64,000 bases of DNA from an uncultured delta proteobacterium (GTDB lineage: Bacteria; Desulfobacterota; Desulfobacteria; Desulfobacterales; UBA2156): NCBI GenBank assembly GCA_963736855.1, contig CAVTQK010000017.1, forward strand, positions 1 to 64,000, read 5' to 3'. The notes under the pieces were generated by a model. That model was not told the DNA's origin. It made no database searches and was given only the letters and a program-made list of their open reading frames with translations. Position numbers and translations under genes: made by a program. Positions 50,412 through 60,985 of this stretch are shown here, piece by piece. Every line of letters starts with the position of its first letter. Position 1 is the first letter of the stretch.

Positions 50412-51466
50412 CTATCCTGGTGAGCGTATCGGCGGGCTGATACCCAGCACCCGCATAGGCGCATGACACAAGGGGCACATAAATACCGGTCTGGGACGTG
50501 AGCAGGCTTGAATCATGACCTGCAAAACCATTTGAACCAGTTTCAGCAGCTTTTTGGCATTGCCATGTAGAAAGCCATAGTCTCTGAGCCGACGAAAGCC
50601 CTTGGGCAAAACATGTTGCAGAACGAGCCAAAGGAAGTCTTCACCTTTGACGGTACGGTAGCGGGTTTTGCCGGTACGGCTTTCGACATATTTAAACGTG
50701 ACATTGCCATTTTGATTGGAGACGATATTGCTTTCACCGATGACGCCTCGGTATAGGTATCGCGATAAGTATTTCAAAGCGGAGAGACCTTTTCCGGCGC
50801 GAGTGCAGTCGACCACCCATTTTCTGGGCACTGAATCGGGCAAAGCGAGACCGGCTTGGTTCAAAGCCGCAAGAAAGCGGGCGCGAAACACCTTGGCCAG
50901 GGCGAATTCATTGAACAGGTACTTGCTTTTTTTCTTTTTCCATTGTTTTTTGGCCTTATCCACGCCGCCGCCCGGCACCACGACATGGATATGCGGGTGA
51001 TAATCCAGGCGACGGTTATGGGTATGCAGTACTGCGGTCATGCCGATATTGGCGCCGAGGTTTTTGGGATTCAGGCCGAAGTCCTTCAGCGTGCTGGAAG
51101 CGCACGCAAAAAGGAGATTATAAGCGAGGGTTTGGTGGTTCCATGCCAGGAATCTGAGCTCATAGGGAAACGTAAAGGTTGCCATGAAGTACTCAACCGG
51201 CAAAAGCTTGGCCTGTTGCCGGTCCAGCCAGAGTGAGGTTTCATGGTTCTGGCATTGTGGGCAGTTGCGATGCCCGCAGGAACGGGGACGCCATTCGGCA
51301 TGGCCGCAGTCAGTGCATTGAACGAGCAACTGGCCGGCGTCGGGTGTTCGGCATCTGTCGGATCGCATCGATGGCGTGCAGATGACCGGGTAAAAGCCGG
51401 GAGCCGTATTTGCTCCCGAAAGGCATCGTGATATTGATCAAGGATAGAGGCAAGTTGCATGATCAT
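50412..51466 (-). CDS. IS91-family (Y2, HUH) transposase, frameshifted near the N-terminus
   Basis: [18 protein letters not shown] zinc region, LHTH...HPHIHV (HUH) and YLSRY (Y2). Confidence 0.92.
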
Positions 51467-52367
51467 ATCCTCCTTAAATCGACGTGGAGGGTATTGATCA
51501 GCCCATTAATGGTATCAAATGCATTCTGTTTGGCGATGTCGGTTAAATGGGCGTAGCGAGCTGTGGTGGTGGGGCTGCTATGTCCGAGAATCGCCTGGAT
51601 ATGACGAAGGCTTAAGCCCTTTTCCAGCAGATGGGTTGCAAAGGCATGCCTCAGGGAGTGGATCGAGACTTTTTTTTAATGCCGCACTGTTCTACCACGG
51701 CTTTCATGGCGGCCTGGGTGCCGCCGCGATCCATATGGGTGGTGGCACTGCGGATGCGCTCGGGGGACCCGACGGCATTGGGGAATAACCAGCAGGGGTT
51801 GCGATGTTTGCGCCATAGAGTACGTAGTGCGTGACAGGTCAGATCCGGCAATGGGACGAAACGATCCTTGTGCCCCTTGCCGCGCCGGATATGAACCAGC
51901 TTGCGCTGACCGTCGATATCGCCCACTTGCAGGGACAGCGTCTCTGCGAGCCGCAAGCCCATGGAATAGGTTGCTATCAGGAAAACCCGGTAGCGAAGCT
52001 TACGTGTCGCACCGATTATTTGTTCAACTTCGGTGACGGTGAGAATGTCGGGCAGCGAACGCACTTTGGGGGCTTTGATGATATTAAGCCACTGCCAATC
52101 GTGTTTTAGGACATGTTTCCAGAAAAACTGCAGACCATTACGATCAATTTTAACGGTGCTCCAGGAGTGAGATTTCACCAGATCGGAAAAATATTGTTCC
52201 CGCTGTTTCAGGGTCAATTTGTCGGGGCAACAATCAAAATATTCACTGATTCGACGCACGGCGCGCGCATAGGCCTCAATGGTCTTTTGACTTTTACCCT
52301 GGAGTTTGAGAGAACGCAGATGACGTTGATAAAGTTCATTAAACCGGTTCGCTTCAGCTTTTTTCAT
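51463..52367 (-). CDS. Tyrosine recombinase coupled to the IS91 transposase; reading frame broken at A8G (51669-51677)
   Basis: YSMGLRLAE and GKGHKDR in the first frame. The -1 frame continues [16 protein letters not shown]...[12 protein letters not shown] to a TGA overlapping the transposase ATG. Confidence 0.9.
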
Positions 52368-52460
52368 GGTATACCTCCCTTTGTTTTAATGATGCCCGAA
52401 ATTGGGCAACACTGGGAGTTATACACGGTTATGAGGTTTTTTCCGCCGCGTAGCGGCTTC

Positions 52461-52564
52461 GTCCAACAAGCCAATGAAGCTGACAAACAACCACGCGGCA
52501 AGTTCGGTGGGATTATGAAAGTTGGTTCAGCGTGGTTGCTTGCAGCTTATCGGCGTCGTTATGT
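52461..52564 (+). other. Integron-type attC site 1
   Basis: GTCCAAC (RYYYAAC)...GTTATGT with an imperfect inverted repeat: GCCAAT-g-AAGCTG-a-CAAACAACCACGC pairs with GCGTGGTTGCTTG-CAGCTT-ATCGGC, leaving two unpaired bases. Confidence 0.85.
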
Positions 52565-52601
52565 GGTTTCTCCCATGGCACTGAACAAGGGAGAGTAGTA
52601 G

Positions 52602-53156
52602 ATGATGGAATGGTTAGCTAAGAACTGGTTGCCCATTCTGGCATTGCTCGTCGCCTTTGTGGGAGGGTGGCCTGGTATTTTGAAGATTGCCGAACATTTC
52701 CGACCTATCTCCCTGACCGGCTCCATTAAATTTTTTGCTCTTACTACGAGCGCCGACCCCCCCGAAGAAGGTATCCTTCTGGCACTTACGCTTCTCAACG
52801 AAGGCAATAAGAACCTTGTATGGAGAAAAATTGAGGGAACATTAGAGGCTGGAGGGAAAAAGGTTGCTCTCATCCCAAAGATGATTCCCAAAAGTCTATT
52901 ACTAAACGGAGACATATCACCCCAACCAGATTTTTTGAATCAGCAGACAATTCCGCCAGGAACTCCGGTTAATGCCTACCTTCTCCTGACTGGTAACCTT
53001 GGTTCTTTTAGTGCTCTCAATCCGATTGCGAGTGGCAACTTGGGTCTTCGATTCCAAACAGAATCAGGGAGGGACGCAGATGTAAAACTCTCGATTCAGA
53101 CGCATGCTCTCCAAAAAGGTGAGACCTACCCATCACACGGAATCGAATTCAAATAG
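52602..53156 (+). CDS. Hypothetical cassette protein with N-terminal membrane anchor
   Basis: 184-aa ORF with RBS lying between two attC sites. No family recognised. Confidence 0.75.
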   Translation: MMEWLAKNWLPILALLVAFVGGWPGILKIAEHFRPISLTGSIKFFALTTSADPPEEGILLALTLLNEGNKNLVWRKIEGTLEAGGKKVALIPKMIPKSLLLNGDISPQPDFLNQQTIPPGTPVNAYLLLTGNLGSFSALNPIASGNLGLRFQTESGRDADVKLSIQTHALQKGETYPSHGIEFK

Positions 53157-53189
53157 GTAGACAAATGCAAATCATATGGGTCGGCTTCC

Positions 53190-53266
53190 ACATAACCATC
53201 GCATCAACTCGGACTGGCAATCACGGCTACGCTTCATTGCCTGCCGGTTATGCGTAATCGATGGCA
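53190..53266 (+). other. Integron-type attC site 2 (degenerate right core)
   Basis: ACATAAC is the exact complement of GTTATGT at the cassette start. Arms CGCAT-c-AAC-t-CGG-a-C-t-GGCAAT and ATTGCC-t-G-CCG-GTT-ATGCG pair. The right core reads GATGGCA instead of GTTRRRY. Confidence 0.8.
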
Positions 53267-53291
53267 AACGAAAATCACTCAGGGATAACGC

Positions 53292-54846
53292 ATGAATCAT
53301 AACGGAAACAACATTGAATCCCGCCTGTGGGCGGCGGCGGATGAGCTGCGGGCCAATTCCAAGCTGAAGTCGTCGGAATACTCGGTCCCGGTGCTGGGGC
53401 TGGTGTTTCTGCGTTATGCCGACCACAAGTTCCAGGCCGCGGCAAAGGAACTGGTGGGCGCAGGCGGCGGCCGGCGCAAAATCGGCCCGGCGGATTATCA
53501 GGCCAAAGGCGTGCTCTACCTGCCCGACAGCGGCCCGTTTTTCGGCACTGATCCAGATGCCCGAGGGGGCCAACATCGGCGCGGCCATCAATGACGCCAT
53601 GCGGGCCATCGAGGCGGACAACCCCGATCTCAAGGACGTGCTGCCCAAGACCTACAACCGTTTTGAGAACGCCCTGCTCAAGGAATTGCTCAAGACCATG
53701 AATTCCGTGCCCATGGACATCGAGGGGGACGCCTTCGGCAAGATTTATGAATATTTCCTGGGCAACTTCGCACGCGCCGAAGGCCAGAAGGGCGGCGAGT
53801 TTTTCACACCCACCGCCATCGTTCAGCTCATCGTCGGCATCATCGAACCGTTTCATGGCCGCATCTTCGACCCGGCCTGCGGCTCCGGCGGCATGTTTGT
53901 GCAGAGCGCCCGGTTTGTGACCGAACACCAGAAGAACCCCGGCGCCGAGTTGAGCGTTTACGGTCAGGAGAAGGTGGCTGAAACCGTGCGCCTCGGCAAG
54001 ATGAACCTGGCCGTGCATGGCCTTGCAGGCGACATCCGCCAGGGCAACGCCTACTACGAAGACCTGCACCGCTCCGTGGGCAAGTTTGATTTTGTCATGG
54101 CCAATCCGCCCTTTAACGTGGACCGGGTGGACAAGGACCGACTCAAGGAAGACCCGCGCTTCCCCTTTGGCCTGCCCCGCACGGACAACGCCAACTACCT
54201 CTGGATTCAGATTTTTTACAGCGCCCTTTCCGACACCGGCCGATCCGGGTTTGTCATGGCCAATTCTGCTTCCGACGCGCGCGGTTCGGAACTGGACATC
54301 CGCCGGCAGCTTATCGAAGCCCGGGCCGTGGATGTGATGGTGGCGGTCGGGTCCAACTTTTTCTACACGGTAACACTGCCCTGCACCCTGTGGTTTTTCG
54401 ACCGGGGCAAGCGCAAGACCAAACGCGCCGACCAGGTGCTTTTCATTGACGCCCGTCATCTTTACCGCCAGATCGACCGCGCCCACCGGGACTGGACCCC
54501 GGCCCAGATCGAGTTTCTGGCCAACATCGCCCGGCTCTACCGGGGCGAGGCGCCGGAGAACCTGCACGAGAGCGCCGACCTGCTGGCCGAACATTTCGGC
54601 AAAAAGCCCAAGTACGCCGACGTGGCCGGCCTGTGCAAGGTGGCGACCATCTCCGAGATCGAAGCCCAGGGCTGGAGCCTCAACCCCGGCCGCTATGTGG
54701 GCGTGGCCGCCCGCGAAGAGGAGGACTTTGACTTCAAGGAACGGCTGGAGGAGCAGAACGAGGAACTGGAAACCCTCAATGCCGAGGCCCGGGAACTGGA
54801 AGCGCGGATTGCCGAGAATGTGGTCAAGTTGTTGGAGGGGGAGTGA
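53292..54846 (+). CDS. hsdM: Type I restriction-modification methyltransferase subunit (one frameshift near 53530)
   Basis: [29 protein letters not shown] and SLNPGRYV. Confidence 0.93.
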
Positions 54847-55593
54847 TGACAAACGAAAAGCGTAATCTGAAGAAAACAAAACCTGTACCATGCGTGGCTG
54901 TCGCCTCCGCTGCTGGATGACCTGCGCCGGATGATCGAGGAAACCCGGCAAGGTGTTGCCGTTATGGTCAACGCCGGATTGACCATACTTTACTGGCGCG
55001 TCGGCAAACGAATCAACGAGGAAATTCTCAAAGGCGAGCGGGCTGACTATGGCAAAGAGATTCTTGCGACAGTGTCGCAAGAATTGGTAAACGATTATGG
55101 AAAGGGCTTCAGCTACTCAGCTTTAACCAGAATGCTCAAATTCAGTGAGGTTTTTCCGGACCCTCAAATTGTTGCGACACTGTCGCAAACATTGAGCTGG
55201 TCGCATTTCTGTGAACTTTTTCCGCTGGAAAAGCCGCTCCAGCGTGATTTCTATGCCGAAATGTGCCGTATCGAACGGTGGAGCGTCCGCACCCTGCGGC
55301 AGAAGATCGGCTCCATGCTCTACGAGCGCACCGCTCTGTCGAAAAAGCCGGAAGAATTGGCGCGAATCGAACTGTTGGAATTGGGCAAATCCGGCATCCA
55401 TGTAGCCGAATACCTCACCGCCCTGCCGCCCCGCGAGCTGCTTGCCGAAAAGCTGCGACGGTCGATAGAGTTGGCGCGGGCAAGCTTGGAAGGCCGGGAG
55501 AAGAACGATAATGAGAAGATTGGCAAACGCCTGGGAGCTCCGCACTGGGTTGCGGCGGCTTCAGGAAAAGCGGATTCGCGGAGAATGTGGTGA
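54846..55593 (+). pseudogene. DUF1016 (YhcG-like) protein, frameshifted and internally deleted
   Basis: YWRVGKRI, YGKGFS, LSWSHF and WSVRTLRQKI.SMLYER are joined directly to the C-terminal GIHVAEYLT.LP. The central nuclease region appears to be missing. Confidence 0.8.
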
Positions 55594-55609
55594 AGTTGTT
55601 GGAGGGGGA

Positions 55610-56878
55610 ATGATATCGAATCGCGGAAATTAGAAACATGCTATTCGGGGAAGACAGCAATTACTTTTGGAATCAGAGCAATTCGGCAGCACTATAGTCA
55701 GAGAATACCGATAATGGCCCAGTGCACGAGATTGTTCATACGGCTCGACGGTAGATCAAATCGGTTGTCGTGCAATGCTGAATCTCAATTGCCCGAGTGC
55801 CCGTGTATTGTAATTGGCCGCAACGGTACAGTCTATAGGCAAGTCTTTGTTCAGGGCAGACGGCAGACGACTAATTGGTCACACAGATACGACTACAGTG
55901 TTGTTGGTGGAAAAGTACCTCCAGGCGATTTATCCCGTGTTTTCGTACCTATTATTTGCTCTTCAAACTATGGAGCTTGTGAACCAATTTCTCATGGCGC
56001 GGGCCACAAACTCCCACATTGAAATCAAGACATCATATAAACTATCTACGATTCGATCCCTCCCCCCTCCCCACCCAGCGCAAAATCGCCGCCATTCTCT
56101 CGGCCTACGACGACCTGATCGAGAACAACCTGCGGCGGATCAGGATTCTGGAGGAGATGGCGCAGAACCTCTACCGCGAGTGGTTTGTCAAGTTCCGCTT
56201 CCCCGGCCACCAAAACGCCCGCTTTGTCGATTCGCCCCTGGGCCGGATTCCGGAGGGGTGGGAGGTGGACACTGTTGCGAAAGCATTTGATATTTTGGGC
56301 GGTGGAACACCACTCAAAAGCCATTCCCGAATATTGGGATGAAGGAACTATCAACTGGTATTCGCCAACCGATCTCACCGCAACGGGCATCTATGTTCAT
56401 GGAACGTTCCAGCAATCAAATCAGTGAACTGGGTCTGAAAAAGAGTTCGGCACGCTTATTCCCACCGTTTTCCGTGATGATGACCAGCCGGGCTACGCTC
56501 GGCGTGATTTCAATCAATACTACCGAGGCATGTACCAATCAGGGCTTTATAACCTGTATTCCGAACGAGCGTTTTCCGCTTTATACGCTCTACTACTGGC
56601 TCAAGGAGAATATAGAGTATTTTATAAGCCTTGGTACAGGTGCTACTTTCAAGGAGATCACCAAAGGCATATTCAAAACCATCGAACTTGTCGTTCCTGC
56701 ACAGGGTATAGTTACTCTGTTTGAGGATACCATGAAGCAATTTGCCCTTCAGGTATTGAACCTGCAAAGAAAAAACACCACCCTCCGCCGCACCCGCGAC
56801 CTTCTACTTCCCAGACTCATCTCCGGCGAGAAGGATGTGTCGGAACTGGACATCGCCGTTGCCGAGGAGGCAGCATGA
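55610..56878 (+). pseudogene. hsdS: Type I restriction-modification specificity subunit, multiply frameshifted
   Basis: Conserved segments [44 protein letters not shown] and RDLLLPRLISGE lie in different frames. The first TRD has no continuous ORF. Confidence 0.85.
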
Positions 56879-57842
56879 AAGCCACTGATCTCGATATCCT
56901 GCTCCAGGAGGGCGAGGGCGTCATGCTGGAATATAAGGAAGGCCTTTCCGCTTCCTTTGCCCGCGAACCCCGGCGCTTCTTCAATCAGGCCTATGTCACC
57001 TGCCTGCTCTTCAAGGGAACCAGCAAGGTGCATGTGCTGGATCGAAAGGACTTTGCCGGAGGCATTGTCGCCGATATCGAGGACAGCCTGCGTTTCATCG
57101 AACGTAACACCCGCACCGCCTATCGAATCGAGAAACTTCAGCGCGAGGATATTCCGGAATATCCCATGTCGGCGCTGCGCGAGGCCATCACCAATGCCGT
57201 TATGCACCGCGACTGGTTCATCGAGGGCGCCAACGTGTTCGTTGAAATTTTCTCGGACCGCATCGAGGTTTCCAGTCCCGGCGGCCTGCCGAAGGGGATG
57301 CTGCTGAAAGACCTGGGCCATAAGAGCATCCGTCGCAACGCCCTGATCGCCGACCTGCTGCACCGCATCGCCTTTATCGAAAAGGCCGGCACGGGCATTC
57401 TGCGCATGCGCGACGGCGCCAGGGCGGAGGGGTATCCGGAACCCGAGTTTTCCGAGACCGGTTTTTTCAGCGTGGTGTTCCGGCCGATTCCCGCGGTAAG
57501 CGAACAGGATACCCAGCAAGTCGGGACCAAGTCGGGACCAAGTCGGGACCATGATGGGCCCATGATGAGGCCCATGATGAGGCCCATGATCCGCTGGGTG
57601 CTGTCAAATATCGAATTTTGACAAAATGTGCCGATGAACCACAAAGCACGCCCGATCTGTTGCACACACTGGGTTACAAAACACGCACCGGCGGTTTTAA
57701 AGTGGCGATAACCGATCTTTTAATTTCAGGCTTTCTGGAAATGACTATTCCGGATAAGCCAAGAAGCAAAAAACAACGCTACCGCACCACCGCGGCCGGG
57801 CGCCGTGTTCTCGAAAACGTCGATAAGGATTCAGCATCATGA
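56875..57842 (+). pseudogene. AlbA/Schlafen-type N-terminus, HATPase-like (RecG C-terminal-like) domain and wHTH, internally deleted and split
   Basis: EGEGVMLEYKE, ALREAITNAVMHRD, DRIEVSSPGGL, RNALIA and EKAGTG. The tail LEMTIPDKPRSKKQRY is in ORF 57618..57842. Confidence 0.75.
57517..57590 (+). repeat. Short tandem repeats (11-12 bp units)
   Basis: CAAGTCGGGAC x3, then CATGATG(A)GGCC x3 plus a partial unit. Confidence 0.92.
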
Positions 57843-60800
57843 CCCCTTCCGGATACACCGAAGACGCCCTGGTCGAACAACCGGCCATCGCCCTGCTGGC
57901 GGAGCTGGGCTGGGAGACTTTTAATGCCTATCATGAGTTCGATCACGGCCCGAGTTCTCTTGGGCGGGAAACCAAGGATGAAGTCATCCTCGTTGCCCGG
58001 TTGCGTCCGGTCTTGCGTCGTCTCAATCCGGATGCGCCGCCTGAAGCCATTGAACAAGCCATCGAGGAGCTGACCCGCGACCGCTCGCGCATGAGCCTGG
58101 CTGCTGCCAATCGCGAAACCTACCATCTGCTCAAAAACGGCATTCGCGTCCATGTGCCTGATGCCGAAGGCATCGGTGAAACAATCGAGGTGGTTCGGGT
58201 GATGGATTGGGACAATCCGGCCAACAATGACTTTCTGCTCTGCTCTCAGTTCTGGGTCTCGGGCGAGATGCACACCCGCCGTGCCGATCTGGTGGGCTTT
58301 GTCAACGGCCTGCCGCTGCTGTTTGTGGAACTCAAGGCCGCCCATCGCCGCCTGGAGACAGCCTTCACCGGCAACCTGCGCGACTACAAGGACACCATCC
58401 CCCAATTGTTCTGGCCCAACGCGCTGATCATTCTTTCCAACGGCAGCCGGAGCCGGGTGGGCAGCGTCACCGCCGGCTGGGAACACCTGGCCGAATGGAA
58501 AAAGGTGGACAAAGAGGATGAGCCGGGCCGGGTGTCGCTCTCGACGATGCTGCGCGGCGTCTGCGAACCGGCGCATTTTATGGACCTGGTGGAGAACTTC
58601 ACCCTGTTTCAGGAAGCCCCTGGTGGATTGATCAAGCTGACGGCCAAGAACCACCAGTATCACGGCGTAAACAACGCAATCAAGGCGTTGTCCGACATCC
58701 GGAAGCGGGAGGGCAAGCTGGGCGTATTCTGGCACACCCAGGGCAGCGGCAAGAGCGTCTCGATGATTTTCTTTGCCCAGAAGGTGTTGCGCAAGCTGCC
58801 GGGCAACTGGACCTTTGTGGTGGTGACCGATCGGCAGGAACTGGACGGGCAGATTTACAAGAACTTTGTCTCGGCGGGGGTGGTGACCGAAGGCCGCGCC
58901 CAGGCGGAGAGCAGCCGGCACCTGCGGCAGTTGCTCACCGAGGATCACCGCTATGTCTTTACCCTGATCCACAAATTCCGCTTGCCGGAGGAGGTCTCCA
59001 CACGCAACGACATCATCGTCATCACCGACGAGGCGCACCGCAGCCAGTATGACACCCTGGCGCTGAACATGCGCACGGCACTGCCCAACGCGGCATTTCT
59101 GGCATTTACCGGCACCCCGCTGATTATCGGCGAGGAGAAGACCCGGCAGGTTTTCGGCGATTACATCAGCGTCTATGACTTTCAGCAGTCGGTGGATGAC
59201 GGCGCCACCGTGCGCCTTTACTACGAGAACCGCATTCCTGAGCTGCAACTGGTCAACGAGAACCTCAACGAGGACATGGAACGACTGCTGGAAGCGGCGG
59301 AACTGGACGAAACCCAGGAGAAGAAACTGGAACGGGAGTTTGCCCGGGAATACCACCTCATCACCCGCGACGAGCGGCTGGAGGCGATTGCAAAGGACCT
59401 GGTGGCGCATTTCACGGGGCGGGGCTTCCAGGGCAAGGCGATGATGATCTGCATCGACAAAGCCACGGCCATCCGCATGTATGACAAGGTAAGGAAGCAT
59501 TGGGGCGATAAGATTGCAGCGTTAGAGGCGGAAGGCATCCGTGCTGACGGCGATGCCCGCCGGGAGATTGAAGAGCGGCTTGCCCGGATGAAAGAAACCG
59601 ACATGGCGGTCGTGGTTTCGCAGGGCCAGAACGAGATCGCCGAGATGGCCGACAAAGGTCTGGACATTCGGCCGCACCGCAAGCGCATGGTCGAGGAGGA
59701 CCTGGACACCAAGTTCAAGAACCCGGACGATCCTTTCCGGCTGGTGTTTGTCTGCGCCATGTGGATGACCGGCTTTGACGTGCCGAGCTGTTCAACGCTT
59801 TACCTCGACAAACCCATGCGCAATCACACGCTGATGCAGACCATCGCCCGGGCCAATCGTGTCTATCCGGGCAAGGTGAGCGGCTTGATTGTGGACTATG
59901 CCGGGGTGTTCCGTAACCTGGAGCGGGCGCTGGCCATCTATGGCGTCGGCGGAAGCGGGGGTCAGAAACCGGTGGAGGACAAAGCCGCGCTGGTGGCGGC
60001 GCTGCGGCAGGCGTTGGCAGATACCCGGAGCTTGTGCCGGGAACACGGTGTGGATCTTGCTGCCATTCAGTCCGCCGAGGGGTTTTCCCGTATCGGCATG
60101 CTCGATGACGCCGTTGATTCGCTGGTGGGTTCCGACGAGCCCAAGCGTCGCTATCTCGATCTGGCCAACACGGTCCAGCGGTTTTACAAGGCGGTTCTGC
60201 CCGATCCTGCGGCCCGGACATTCGCCGCCGAGGTTACGCCTGTGCAGATCATTGCCGACAAAATCCGTGCCCTGACGCCGCCGACGGACATCTCACAGGT
60301 CATGGGGCAGGTGGAAGACCTGCTCGACCGCTCCATCGCCACAGAAGGCTACATCATCCGCGAGGCAAGCGCGCCCTACGGTGACGAGCATTGGATTGAC
60401 CTAAGCAACATTGACTTCGAGAAACTGGCCGAGAAGTTCAAGGCGGGCCGCAAACGGACGACCAACGAAAAGCTCAAGGGAACCGTGGCGCAGAAGCTCA
60501 TGGTTATGGTGCGGCTCAACCGCACCCGCATGGATTATCTGGAAAAGTTTCAGGCGATGATCGACGCCTACAACGCGGGCAGCCTGAACGCCGAAGAGTT
60601 TTTCCAGCAACTGGTTGATTTCGCCCGGAGCCTGAACGCGGAAGAGCAGCGGGCAGTGGGCGAGCAGTTGAGTGAAGAAGAACTGGCGCTCTTTGATCTC
60701 TTGACAAAGCCGCAGATTGAAATGAGCGACGCGGACCGTAAAAAGGTCAAGGCTGTTGCCCGTGAGCTGCTGTCCACGCTTAAAGAGGGCAAGCTGGTGC

Positions 60801-60985
60801 TGGATTGGCGCAAGCGGCAGCAAGCCCGCGCCGAGGTGAGGGTGACCATTGAGAAACTGCTCGACAAGGGCCTGCCAAGAGCCTATACGCCGGAACTGTT
60901 CCAGCAGAAAGCCACCGCCGTGTTCCAGCATGTCTATGACGCCTATTATGGCGCCGGGCGAAGCATCTATGCGGCTGTGGCATAA
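57839..60985 (+). CDS. hsdR: Type I restriction endonuclease subunit R
   Basis: RADLVGFVNGLPLLFVELK nuclease motif, HTQGSGKS, DEAHRSQY, FTGTP, TGFDVP and QTIARANR. Confidence 0.96.
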   Translation: MTPSGYTEDALVEQPAIALLAELGWETFNAYHEFDHGPSSLGRETKDEVILVARLRPVLRRLNPDAPPEAIEQAIEELTRDRSRMSLAAANRETYHLLKNGIRVHVPDAEGIGETIEVVRVMDWDNPANNDFLLCSQFWVSGEMHTRRADLVGFVNGLPLLFVELKAAHRRLETAFTGNLRDYKDTIPQLFWPNALIILSNGSRSRVGSVTAGWEHLAEWKKVDKEDEPGRVSLSTMLRGVCEPAHFMDLVENFTLFQEAPGGLIKLTAKNHQYHGVNNAIKALSDIRKREGKLGVFWHTQGSGKSVSMIFFAQKVLRKLPGNWTFVVVTDRQELDGQIYKNFVSAGVVTEGRAQAESSRHLRQLLTEDHRYVFTLIHKFRLPEEVSTRNDIIVITDEAHRSQYDTLALNMRTALPNAAFLAFTGTPLIIGEEKTRQVFGDYISVYDFQQSVDDGATVRLYYENRIPELQLVNENLNEDMERLLEAAELDETQEKKLEREFAREYHLITRDERLEAIAKDLVAHFTGRGFQGKAMMICIDKATAIRMYDKVRKHWGDKIAALEAEGIRADGDARREIEERLARMKETDMAVVVSQGQNEIAEMADKGLDIRPHRKRMVEEDLDTKFKNPDDPFRLVFVCAMWMTGFDVPSCSTLYLDKPMRNHTLMQTIARANRVYPGKVSGLIVDYAGVFRNLERALAIYGVGGSGGQKPVEDKAALVAALRQALADTRSLCREHGVDLAAIQSAEGFSRIGMLDDAVDSLVGSDEPKRRYLDLANTVQRFYKAVLPDPAARTFAAEVTPVQIIADKIRALTPPTDISQVMGQVEDLLDRSIATEGYIIREASAPYGDEHWIDLSNIDFEKLAEKFKAGRKRTTNEKLKGTVAQKLMVMVRLNRTRMDYLEKFQAMIDAYNAGSLNAEEFFQQLVDFARSLNAEEQRAVGEQLSEEELALFDLLTKPQIEMSDADRKKVKAVARELLSTLKEGKLVLDWRKRQQARAEVRVTIEKLLDKGLPRAYTPELFQQKATAVFQHVYDAYYGAGRSIYAAVA

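Larger units (their letters stand above)
50403..52558 (-). mobile_element. Two-gene IS91-like element (recombinase plus Y2 transposase) ending in an attC site
   Basis: Coupled gene pair. The left boundary is inferred at TTAGAC (50403), and the right side runs into attC 52461-52564. Confidence 0.7.

Noticed and set aside
51463..52367. Tyrosine recombinase as integron integrase IntI
   Set aside because: It is about 300 aa, I see no IntI-specific insertion before the HxLRH box, and it is translationally coupled to an IS91 transposase.
53275..59500. Long antisense ORFs (601 aa at 53275-55080, 573 aa at 57779-59500) and similar ones opposite dpp, lon and nfnB
   Set aside because: They are shadow frames of GC-rich, strongly codon-biased genes and carry no recognisable motifs.
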